Positions 9,906 to 18,142 of a DNA stretch of 64,000 bases are shown in pieces; position 1 is the first letter of the stretch, and every line of letters starts with the position of its first letter. Below the pieces are notes generated by a model. The model did not search any database and was not told the DNA's origin. It was given only the letters and a program-made list of their open reading frames with translations. The DNA comes from Myxococcota bacterium (GTDB lineage Bacteria; Myxococcota_A; UBA9160; SZUA-336). The position numbers and the translations under genes are program-made. Where the stretch lies: positions 75,216 through 139,215 of the forward strand of contig JBBDXF010000017.1 of assembly GCA_040902485.1 (NCBI GenBank), written 5' to 3'.

Positions 9906-10586
9906 ATGGAGTTCGTGTACATGGTCGTCCATTTCTTCGAGGCGGGCGGCCCGTTCATGTTTCCGATTCTGTTGGTGGCCGCCGCGGGCGCCGCGATCGC
10001 GATCGAGCGCTACATCACGCTCAGCTTGGTGAAGGCCAAGAACCAGAACGTCTGGAGCCAGGTTCAGCCGGCGCTGGTCAGCGGTGACTTCGACAAGGCG
10101 CGCGAGATGACCCGCGAGGGCGACTCGGCGATCGCTCAGCTGCTGAGCATCGGCCTGGCCCGGCAGGGCGCCGTGCGGCGGCGCGAGGACATCGAGATCG
10201 CGATGGACGAGGGCATGATCGAGATCACGCCTCAGCTCGAGAAGCGCACCCACTACCTGGCGACCTTCGCGAATCTCGCGACGCTGCTCGGTCTGTTGGG
10301 CACGGTCAGCGGTCTGATCCACGCCTTCGCCGCGGTCGCGACGGCGAACCCCGTGGACAAGGCGAACCTGCTCTCGGCGAGCATCTCGGAGGCCATGAAC
10401 TGCACGGCCTTCGGGCTGATGACCGCGGTGCCGATCGTGTTCGCCCACGCGTTCCTGCAGACCAAGACCAGCGAGGTGGTGGCGAGCCTCGAGATGGCCT
10501 TCGTCAAATTCCTGAACGTGCTCACCGACCGTCAGGTGGCGCAGACGCAGAGCCGCCGCGCGCTCGCGCAGTCGGGGCAGGAGTAG
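9906..10586 (+). CDS. exbB: MotA/TolQ/ExbB proton-channel protein
   Basis: Three TM segments and ExbB/TolQ-family sequence (FPILLVAAAGAAIAIERYITL..., TFANLATLLGLLGTVSGLIHAF, GLMTAVPIVFAHAFL). Confidence 0.85.
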   Translation: MEFVYMVVHFFEAGGPFMFPILLVAAAGAAIAIERYITLSLVKAKNQNVWSQVQPALVSGDFDKAREMTREGDSAIAQLLSIGLARQGAVRRREDIEIAMDEGMIEITPQLEKRTHYLATFANLATLLGLLGTVSGLIHAFAAVATANPVDKANLLSASISEAMNCTAFGLMTAVPIVFAHAFLQTKTSEVVASLEMAFVKFLNVLTDRQVAQTQSRRALAQSGQE

Positions 10587-10595
10587 GGCACGCCC

Positions 10596-11138
10596 ATGCG
10601 CCGCAGACACACGCGACCGCAACGCAAGCCGACCGAGCTGATGCTCGTGCCGATGATCGACATCTTCACGGTGCTGGTGACGTTCTTGCTGATGACCGCG
10701 GTGTTCTCGCGCATCACGATCCTCGAGCTCGATCTGCCGAGCTCGGCCAGCCAGGGCGTCTCCTCGCCGGTGTTCCGGCTCGAGGTGATCGTCCGCAAGG
10801 AAGGGCTCGAGCTCACCAACGGGACGCAGCGGATCGCCGTGCTGCCGAACCAGAACGGCGCGTACGCCTTGAAGACGCTGTCCGAGCTTGCGCTGTCGCT
10901 GAAGCGCGACTACCCGAACGCGACCGCCGCGTCCGTTCTGCTGGAGCCCGAGATCGAGTACGACCACCTGATCCAGGTGATGGACGCCATCCGCACGGCG
11001 GAGGTCCCGGCCGCGCAGGAGACGAAGCCGGAGGCTGGGGATGCCAACGCTCCGCCAGCCGAGGTCCAGAAGGCCGAGGACTCGAAGCCCGTCCGACTGG
11101 CGCTGTTCACCGACATCGCCGTGGGAGACGCACCATGA
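10596..11138 (+). CDS. exbD: ExbD/TolR biopolymer transport protein (copy 1, with Pro/Ala-rich C-terminal tail)
   Basis: N-terminus KPTELMLVPMIDIFTVLVTFLLMTAVF is the canonical ExbD/TolR TM segment. The periplasmic domain includes YDHLIQVMDAIRTAEV. Confidence 0.8.
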   Translation: MRRRHTRPQRKPTELMLVPMIDIFTVLVTFLLMTAVFSRITILELDLPSSASQGVSSPVFRLEVIVRKEGLELTNGTQRIAVLPNQNGAYALKTLSELALSLKRDYPNATAASVLLEPEIEYDHLIQVMDAIRTAEVPAAQETKPEAGDANAPPAEVQKAEDSKPVRLALFTDIAVGDAP

Positions 11139-11635
11139 GCATGATGAAGCGCGCGCGCCGCACGGCGACGCACCATCTGCGGCGCTCGACGGAAGTCGAG
11201 CTCAACCTGATTCCGCTGATCGACATCATGTCGGTCATGGTGGCCTTCCTGCTGGTGTACTCCGCGAACGTGGAGGTGATCCAGAACAGCCAGGGCGTCC
11301 AGATTCCGCAGTCGATCGCGCAGGAGCAGCCGAAGCAGTCCGTGGTCGTGATGATCACGAAGGAGCACTTGTTCGTTCAGGGCGAGCTGGTCATGACCGT
11401 CGCGGAGATCCGCGAGGCGAAGTCGCCGCTGATCGATCGACTGAGCGCGGTGCTCGAGCGGCCGCTGCTGGTGACCGACGGCGTCGCGGAGGATCTGGCG
11501 TTGCGCGAGATCACCGTGCTCGCCGACAAGGCCCTGCCGTACGAAGTCGTGAAGCGCGTGATGTCGACCTGCACCCGCGAGGGCTACGGCCGCATCTCCC
11601 TCGCGGTGCTCGAGAAAGAGACCACTCCGATCTAG
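11135..11635 (+). CDS. exbD: ExbD/TolR biopolymer transport protein (copy 2)
   Basis: ELNLIPLIDIMSVMVAFLLVYSA is an ExbD TM segment, and ALPYEVVKRVMSTCTREGYGRISLAV is ExbD-like. The ATGA start/stop overlap with copy 1 indicates translational coupling. Confidence 0.8.
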   Translation: MSMMKRARRTATHHLRRSTEVELNLIPLIDIMSVMVAFLLVYSANVEVIQNSQGVQIPQSIAQEQPKQSVVVMITKEHLFVQGELVMTVAEIREAKSPLIDRLSAVLERPLLVTDGVAEDLALREITVLADKALPYEVVKRVMSTCTREGYGRISLAVLEKETTPI

Positions 11636-11640
11636 GGGAT

Positions 11641-13026
11641 TTGGTGGAAGCTGTCCTCTCCCTCGACGAAAAGAGACTTCATTCGCAGCTCGAGCAGGCT
11701 CACGAGCGGCTGGACGGACTCGTGCGCAAGCTGCGCGCCGTCGACCGCGAGCTCGACAGCCTGTCCGGCGAGCGCGAGCAGCATCGCCTGCTGCACGAGG
11801 TGTGCGAGGGTCTTGCGCGGCTCGGCGAGCTCGGCGGAGCGAGCCTGTTCTGGGGCGAAGGCGCCGTCGACTTCGAAGTCTCCAACCGGATCCTCGGCGC
11901 GCGCGGCCGGATCGATGCCTTCGACAAGCGCATCGGCGCGATCGAGGAGCGGCGCGAAGCGCTCGTCGAGCAGCTCGAGCAGGAGCAGGACGGCGCCGAG
12001 TTCCTCGAGGACGAGCTGCGCGAGGCGGAGGAGGCCGAGGAGCAGCGCAGACACGAATGGACGATCGAGCGCGAGCCCGACGTGCTTCCGGTCCGCGAGC
12101 TCGTCATGCCCTGGACCCGGGGCGGCGAGGAGGACCAGCGTTTCCGCAAGTCGCTGGCCTCGTCGCTGCTGGCCGCGCTTCTGCTCGCCGTGCTGCATCC
12201 GCTGATCGAGCTGCCGCTGCCCGAGCTCGAGCCGCCGATCGAGGTGCCGGAGCGTCTGACGCACCTGATTCCGGAGGCGCCGCGCACGCCACCGCCCGTC
12301 GCGCAGCGGGAGCCAAAGCCGGAGAAGCTGAAGCCGGAGCCGCGCGACAAGTCACTCGTCGCCGAGCAGCCGACAGCGAAGCGCGGACCGGAGAACGCGC
12401 CGGAGCAGGCCCCGGGCGCGAAGGGAATCCTCGCCTTCCGGGAGCGCTTCTCGGGCCTCGCGGCCAACCAGCCGGTCGCCAACCTCGGACTCGAGGCGCG
12501 GATCAACCACGCGGGCGAGGTCGCGAGCGGAGCGCCGGAGCGATCGCTCGTGACGAGGCAGGCGCCGGGCTCGAGCGGCGGCGTGAACCTGTCCGCGCTC
12601 AGTCGTGGCACCGGCGGCGGCGGGCAGCAGCTCGAGGGCGTCGAGGTCGCGCGCGCGACCAGCGCGATCGCGGCCATCGGCGACGGCGCCGGCGGCTCGG
12701 GCCGGCCGGTCGGCGGCGACGGCCCGGGTCTCGCGCGCACGGACGAGGAGATCCAGATCGTCTTCGACCGCCACAAGGCGGCGCTCTACCGCCTCTACAA
12801 CCGCGAGCTGCGCAGCGACCCGACGCTGCAGGGACAGATGGTCCTGCGCCTGCGCATCGAGCCCGACGGCAGCGTCTCGCTGTGCGTGCTGCACGGCAGC
12901 GACATGGACGCGCCGCAGCTCTCCGCGCAGGTCGTCGAGCGCGTGAAGACGTTCGACTTCGGCGCGAAGGATGGAATCCCCGCGATCACGATCCTGTACC
13001 CGATCGATTTCCTGCCGGCGACTTGA
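11641..13026 (+). CDS. tonB: TonB-family energy transducer with long N-terminal coiled-coil extension
   Basis: An in-frame TTG/GTG lies directly after the exbD stop. The first ~155 aa form a coiled-coil (LDEKRLHSQLEQAHERLDGLVRKLRAVDRELDSL...). A TM segment with the S..H motif follows (LASSLLAALLLAVLHPLI). Then come a Pro-rich spacer (PEAPRTPPPVAQREPKPEKLKPEPRDK) and a C-terminal TonB_C-like domain (LRIEPDGSVSLCVLHGSDMDAPQLSAQVVERVKTFDFG...ITILYPIDF). ORF-track entry 11041..13026 is the same frame. Confidence 0.7.
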   Translation: MVEAVLSLDEKRLHSQLEQAHERLDGLVRKLRAVDRELDSLSGEREQHRLLHEVCEGLARLGELGGASLFWGEGAVDFEVSNRILGARGRIDAFDKRIGAIEERREALVEQLEQEQDGAEFLEDELREAEEAEEQRRHEWTIEREPDVLPVRELVMPWTRGGEEDQRFRKSLASSLLAALLLAVLHPLIELPLPELEPPIEVPERLTHLIPEAPRTPPPVAQREPKPEKLKPEPRDKSLVAEQPTAKRGPENAPEQAPGAKGILAFRERFSGLAANQPVANLGLEARINHAGEVASGAPERSLVTRQAPGSSGGVNLSALSRGTGGGGQQLEGVEVARATSAIAAIGDGAGGSGRPVGGDGPGLARTDEEIQIVFDRHKAALYRLYNRELRSDPTLQGQMVLRLRIEPDGSVSLCVLHGSDMDAPQLSAQVVERVKTFDFGAKDGIPAITILYPIDFLPAT

Positions 13027-13257
13027 GCCGGCTGGGGAGTGCTGGAGAGACACGGACCACGAACTAGAAGCGATTCAGACAAAGGCAAACCCACCGAAAG
13101 GTGGCGACGCAAAGTCACCGGTCTACAGGGTCGTCGGGCCCCACGACAGCGGGACCGCCAGAATCGAGCCCGGCCGTCGGGCTGCACGGCTTCCTCTGGC
13201 AAAAGCGTTCGCCGCCATTCGTCGCCACGAGGAAGAGTGAGTCGAAGGTTCCTGAAC

Positions 13258-16200
13258 ATGCAGACCACGCTCGGCAACGCGCTCGGCGCGCTGCTGATCG
13301 GTCTCGCCATGTCGCTGCTTTCCGCGGCGCACGCGTCTGCCCAGTCTCAGATCACGTTCACATCCGCGGCCGCGATCTGGCATGACGCACTGGACAATGT
13401 CCCCGGAAGTCAGCCGGGTGATCCCGTCATCACGAACGGGGTACCGACCTCGAGCATCAGTTGGGGCACGACCACCGGCCCGCAGAGCGGCTACGACGTT
13501 TCCATAGCGATCCCGGATCCGGAGACGTTTCCTGTTGCGACATTCGCGCACAGGAACTTCCCGGTCTCCGATCCTTCCTTGACTTCAGTCCAGCTCGATT
13601 TCGTCCTCGATTTCGAGGTGAATGGCGTCCAAACCGGTCCGTTGACCTTCACCTTCACGTTCACGCACGAGGAAACCCCGAACAACCAAACGCCCTGTCC
13701 CTATCCGACACCGCCCGGAGAAGGATGTACCGACCGGGTGACGTTCATCGACGCACCCGATCCTACGACGTTCACCGTTGGCGGAAAGACTTACACGTTG
13801 GGGTTGAGTTTTCTCGATGACAACGGCGATCCGGTGTCCGAATTCATCACGAGAGAGGGAGGCCTGGTAAACACCGCGAATCTGGACGCGGACTTTACGT
13901 TGGTACCACCGGTGCTCGAGGTCACGAAGTCAGGCCCGGCGACGATGACTGTCGGACAGTGGGGCGTCTTCGCGATCGATACCCGGAACACCGGGCCCAA
14001 CGACGCCTGGAACACATCCATCCGTGACGTGCTGCCGGACGGCCCGACGGGTGGCATGTGCGACACCACACCGGAGGTGCTGAGCGCGCAGGTCTTCGCG
14101 GCCGACGGCGTCACGCCCGTCCCCGGCAAGGGCCCGCTGCTCGCGGGAACCGACTTCGCGCTCTCCTACGCCGGCGCGCCGACCTGTGAGCTCACCCTCG
14201 CAATGCTCACGCCCGCGGCGGCGATCGACACGGACCAGCGTTTGATCATCCGCTATCGGTCCCAGCTCGACGCCGACAGCCAGGACGACGCCACGTTGAC
14301 CAATCTCGCCGGGGCAATCGAGTGGTTCGACGACGAGAGCAGCAACCCGGACCGTGTCACCTTCACGCGAGCGCTGACCGACGGCTCGCCCGGCGTGCTC
14401 GACCACGAGGACGCCCACACCGTCACGGTGGACCTCCTCGACTACCTGTTCGAGAAGACGGTCAGCAACGTCACCGCGGGCGTGAGTCCCGCGACCCAGG
14501 CCACGCCGGGCGACCGCCTCCGCTACCGGCTGCGGCTGGAGAATCGCAGCCCGGCACCGCTCGGCAACCTCGCGATCCGCGACGAGCTCGATCGCCTGAA
14601 TACGCCCGCAGTGTTCCAGCCCGGCACGCTCACGCTCGTGGCGGTGCCCGGGGGCGCGGACACGAGCAACACGAGCGCCACCGGCGGCGCCAGCGGCACT
14701 GGCGTGCTCGACGTGCGCAACCTGAGCGTGGCCGCGGGCGCCAGCGTGGAGGTCGAGTTCGAAGTCGTGCTCGCCGCCGTGATCGCCAACGGCAGCTTTG
14801 CGACCAACCAGGCGCAGCTCGAGATCAGCGGCGCACCGCTCGCCGACAGCGACGATCCCAACGTCAACGGCGCCGCCGATCCGTTCGTTTCCGGCGACGA
14901 GGACCCCACGCGCGTGCAGATCGTCTCGGCGCCGATGTTCCGGGTGGAGAAGCGGTCCGCGGACATCACGGGCGACGCGCTGATCCTGCTGCCCGGCGAG
15001 ACGCTGCGCTACACGATCACGGTCAAGAACGTCGGCAGCGCCGACGCCACCGATGCCGCGCTGCGCGACGCGGTGCCCGCGAACACGAGCTACGTCGCCG
15101 GCAGCACGAGGCGCAACGGTACCCCGGTACCAGACGGGCCGTCCGGCAGCTCGCCGCTCGCGGCCGGCATCGCGATCTACGCCCCCGAGAATCCGACTCC
15201 GGGCGCGCTGCGTGCGGACGCCTCCGCCGCGCCGGACAACGTCGCCACGATCGTCTTCGACGTGGTTGTCGACGCGGCCGCGGTGAACGGGACGATCCTC
15301 TCGAACCAGGGGTTCGTCCGCGCGCCGGACGGCGGAGTGATCGATCAGCCCTCGGACGACCCCGACACGGCGGCTCCGGACGATCCCACGCGCGATGCGG
15401 TGGGCGACCGCCCGCTGATCTTCGCGCCCAAGAGCGCGGCGCTGCTCGTCGACGCAGGGACGACCGGCGTCGTCGATCCGGGCGATGTGCTCCGCTACAC
15501 GATCACGGTCTACAACAGCGGCGGCATCGGGGCGACCGGCGTGGTGCTCCGCGACTCCGTGCCCGCGAACACGACCTACGTCCCGGACTCCACGACCCTC
15601 GACGGTGTGCCCGTGGGCCAGCCGGACGGCGGGGTCTCGCCGCTGGTAGCGGGCGTCGCCGTGGGCACGATCGGCGCCGGCGAGAGCGCAGTTCTCCAGC
15701 TTGCGCTGCGCGTGAACGCGGGCGTCGCCGCGGGCACGATCATCCGCAACCAGGCGCTCGTGGAGAGCAACGAGCTGCCCGACCTGCTGACCGACGGCGA
15801 CGGCGACCCGACCACCGGTCCGGAGCCGACGGAGGTCGTGGTCGGCAACGCGCAGCAGCTCTCGATCACGAAGCAAGTCGCGGTGGTCGACGGCGGTGCG
15901 GCGCTCGCGGGGTCGACGCTCGAGTACGTGGTGCGCGTCGTGAACATCGGCGCAGTGCCGGGCTATCAGGTGGTGATCCGCGACGATCTCGAGGCGGCAA
16001 CGCCGGGCACGCTGACCTACGTCGCAGGCACGGCGCTCATGAACGGCTCGGCGGTCGGAGTCACCGTCGCGGGCTCGCTCATCACCGCCGACTACGGCGC
16101 GACGGTCGGGCCGCTCGCGCCGAACGCGTCGGTCGTCCTGCGTTTCCGCGCGTTGATCAACCAAAGCCTCGCGCTGGGCACGGTGGTCACCAACACGGGC

Positions 16201-18138
16201 ACCCTCTACTGGAACGACCCGACGCAGACCGCGAGCGCGAGCGTCTCGATCGCGGTGGGCGGCATGCCGGGCATCGGCGTGCTGAACGGCGCGGCCTGGC
16301 ACGACGCCGACTTCGACCGCGTGCAGGACGGCGACGAGCGCGCGCTGCAGAACTGGATCGTCGACTTGGTTCGCAACGGCACCCCGCTGCAGTCGGCGGT
16401 CGTCGACGGCGCGGGCGTGTACCGGATCGGGGGCATCGCGCCGAACGTGACGAACGGCGATCGCTACGAGCTGCGCTTCCGGGCTCCCGACGCGGGGGCC
16501 GGCACCGCTTCGCTTGGCACCGCCGACTCGGTGTTCACGAATGGGCCGCAGCGGATCTCGGACATCCTGGTCCCCTCCGGCAGCAACCTACAGAACCTGA
16601 ACCTGCCGATCACACCGAACGGCGTCGTGTACGGCGCGATCGATCGCGCGCCGGTTCCGGGCGCGACGCTGCGCATGCTCGAGGCGGGCGGCGGCACGGC
16701 TCTGCCGTCGGTCTGCTTCGACGACCCCGTGCAGCAGGGACAGATCGCGCGCGGCGACGGCTACTACAAGTTCGACCTGAACTTCTCGGATGCGGCCTGC
16801 CCGAGCGGCGGCAGCTACCGGATCGAGGTCGTGGCGCCTGGCTCGGGCTTCGGCGCCGGCTACTCGCAGCTGATTCCGCCGATCTCCGGACCCGCGACGC
16901 CTCCGCTCTCGGTCCCGACCTGTCCGGGCGGTCCCGACGACGCGGTGCCGTTCACCACGGACTTCTGCGAGGCCACAGCGTCCGAGCTCGCGCCACCGCC
17001 GTCCGTGCGCGCGCGCAGCGCGGGCACGAACTACCACGTGCACCTCTTGCTCGATGCGACGCGGATCGCGGGCACGAGCCAGATCTTCAACAACCACATC
17101 CCGCTCGATCCCGTGCTCGACGGCATCGTGGGCATCACCAAGACCACGCCGTCGATGAACGTGACGCGCGGCCAGCTCGTGCCGTACGAGATCACACTCG
17201 ACAACGCGCTCGGCGCGGAGCTGCAGGACGTCGCGATCGTGGATCGGTTCCCGGCCGGCTTCCGCTACGTGGAGGGCTCTGCCCGGATCGACGGCGTGCC
17301 GACCGAGCCGACCCTCAACGGCCAGCAGCTCTCGTGGACCGACCTCGGCGTCGCCGCGTCGGGTCAGCGGACCCTGCAGCTCCTGCTCGCGGTCAGCGCG
17401 GGCGTGACAGAGGGCGAGTTCGTGAACCGCGCTCAGGCGATCAGCGCGCTGACCGGTGCGCCGCTGTCGGGCGAGGCCCAGGCCACGGTGCGCGTGATTC
17501 CGGACACGACCTTCGACTGCACCGACGTGATCGGCAAGGTCTTCGCCGACACCAACCGCAACGGCGACCAGGATCCGGAGGAGCCGGGCCTGCACGGCGT
17601 TCGGGTGGTCACCACGCGCGGTCTGGCCGCGCGCACGGATCAGTTCGGGCGCTTCCACATCACCTGCGCGGTCACGCCGCGCGAGGGACGTGGCAGCAAC
17701 TTCGTGCTGAAGCTCGACGACCGCACGCTGCCCAGCGGCTACCGGCTGTCCACCGATCAGGTGCAGGTGCAGCGCGCGACGCGCGGCAAGGCGCTGCGCT
17801 TCCGCTTCGGCGCGTCGATCCACCGCGTGGTCGGCCTGGACATGGCGGACGACGTGTTCGAGCCGGGCTCGATCGAGATGCGCCCGCAGTGGAAGCCGCG
17901 CATCGCCAAGCTGATCGAGGAGCTCAAGAAGGGCCCCTCGACGCTGCGGCTGTCGTACATCGGCGACGTCGAGGAAGAGGCGCTCGTCGACGACCGCCTC
18001 GAAGCGGTGAAGGAAGAGATCGACCAGGCGTGGGAGGCGCTGAACTGGAGCTACCGGCTCACGATCGAGCCGGAAGTGTTCTGGCGTCGCGGCGGTCCGC
18101 TCGAGCGCGACACGCCTGCGTCGCCGGAGGACAGGTGA
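13258..18138 (+). CDS. giant secreted surface protein with multiple DUF11 (conserved repeat domain) repeats and a C-terminal Cna-B/SdrD-B-like domain
   Basis: ATG at 13258 lies within ORF 13039..18138, followed by signal peptide MQTTLGNALGALLIGLAMSLLSAAHASAQ. DUF11-type units are repeated (e.g. LLPGETLRYTITVKNVGSADATDAALRDAVPANTSYVAGST, VDPGDVLRYTITVYNSGGIGATGVVLRDSVPANTTYVPDST, GSTLEYVVRVVNIGAVPGYQVVIRDDL, VPYEITLDNALGAELQDVAIVDRFPAGFRYVEGS). C-terminal segment GKVFADTNRNGDQDPEEPGLHGVRVV is typical of Cna-B/SdrD-B folds. Confidence 0.75.
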   Translation: MQTTLGNALGALLIGLAMSLLSAAHASAQSQITFTSAAAIWHDALDNVPGSQPGDPVITNGVPTSSISWGTTTGPQSGYDVSIAIPDPETFPVATFAHRNFPVSDPSLTSVQLDFVLDFEVNGVQTGPLTFTFTFTHEETPNNQTPCPYPTPPGEGCTDRVTFIDAPDPTTFTVGGKTYTLGLSFLDDNGDPVSEFITREGGLVNTANLDADFTLVPPVLEVTKSGPATMTVGQWGVFAIDTRNTGPNDAWNTSIRDVLPDGPTGGMCDTTPEVLSAQVFAADGVTPVPGKGPLLAGTDFALSYAGAPTCELTLAMLTPAAAIDTDQRLIIRYRSQLDADSQDDATLTNLAGAIEWFDDESSNPDRVTFTRALTDGSPGVLDHEDAHTVTVDLLDYLFEKTVSNVTAGVSPATQATPGDRLRYRLRLENRSPAPLGNLAIRDELDRLNTPAVFQPGTLTLVAVPGGADTSNTSATGGASGTGVLDVRNLSVAAGASVEVEFEVVLAAVIANGSFATNQAQLEISGAPLADSDDPNVNGAADPFVSGDEDPTRVQIVSAPMFRVEKRSADITGDALILLPGETLRYTITVKNVGSADATDAALRDAVPANTSYVAGSTRRNGTPVPDGPSGSSPLAAGIAIYAPENPTPGALRADASAAPDNVATIVFDVVVDAAAVNGTILSNQGFVRAPDGGVIDQPSDDPDTAAPDDPTRDAVGDRPLIFAPKSAALLVDAGTTGVVDPGDVLRYTITVYNSGGIGATGVVLRDSVPANTTYVPDSTTLDGVPVGQPDGGVSPLVAGVAVGTIGAGESAVLQLALRVNAGVAAGTIIRNQALVESNELPDLLTDGDGDPTTGPEPTEVVVGNAQQLSITKQVAVVDGGAALAGSTLEYVVRVVNIGAVPGYQVVIRDDLEAATPGTLTYVAGTALMNGSAVGVTVAGSLITADYGATVGPLAPNASVVLRFRALINQSLALGTVVTNTGTLYWNDPTQTASASVSIAVGGMPGIGVLNGAAWHDADFDRVQDGDERALQNWIVDLVRNGTPLQSAVVDGAGVYRIGGIAPNVTNGDRYELRFRAPDAGAGTASLGTADSVFTNGPQRISDILVPSGSNLQNLNLPITPNGVVYGAIDRAPVPGATLRMLEAGGGTALPSVCFDDPVQQGQIARGDGYYKFDLNFSDAACPSGGSYRIEVVAPGSGFGAGYSQLIPPISGPATPPLSVPTCPGGPDDAVPFTTDFCEATASELAPPPSVRARSAGTNYHVHLLLDATRIAGTSQIFNNHIPLDPVLDGIVGITKTTPSMNVTRGQLVPYEITLDNALGAELQDVAIVDRFPAGFRYVEGSARIDGVPTEPTLNGQQLSWTDLGVAASGQRTLQLLLAVSAGVTEGEFVNRAQAISALTGAPLSGEAQATVRVIPDTTFDCTDVIGKVFADTNRNGDQDPEEPGLHGVRVVTTRGLAARTDQFGRFHITCAVTPREGRGSNFVLKLDDRTLPSGYRLSTDQVQVQRATRGKALRFRFGASIHRVVGLDMADDVFEPGSIEMRPQWKPRIAKLIEELKKGPSTLRLSYIGDVEEEALVDDRLEAVKEEIDQAWEALNWSYRLTIEPEVFWRRGGPLERDTPASPEDR

Positions 18139-18142
18139 GCCG

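Noticed and set aside
12106-13026. Canonical-length TonB starting at MPWTRGG (ATG ~12106)
   Set aside because: It would leave a 470-bp in-frame, coding-like gap after exbD within an otherwise overlapping operon. The longer reading from 11641 is preferred, but flagged as a finding.
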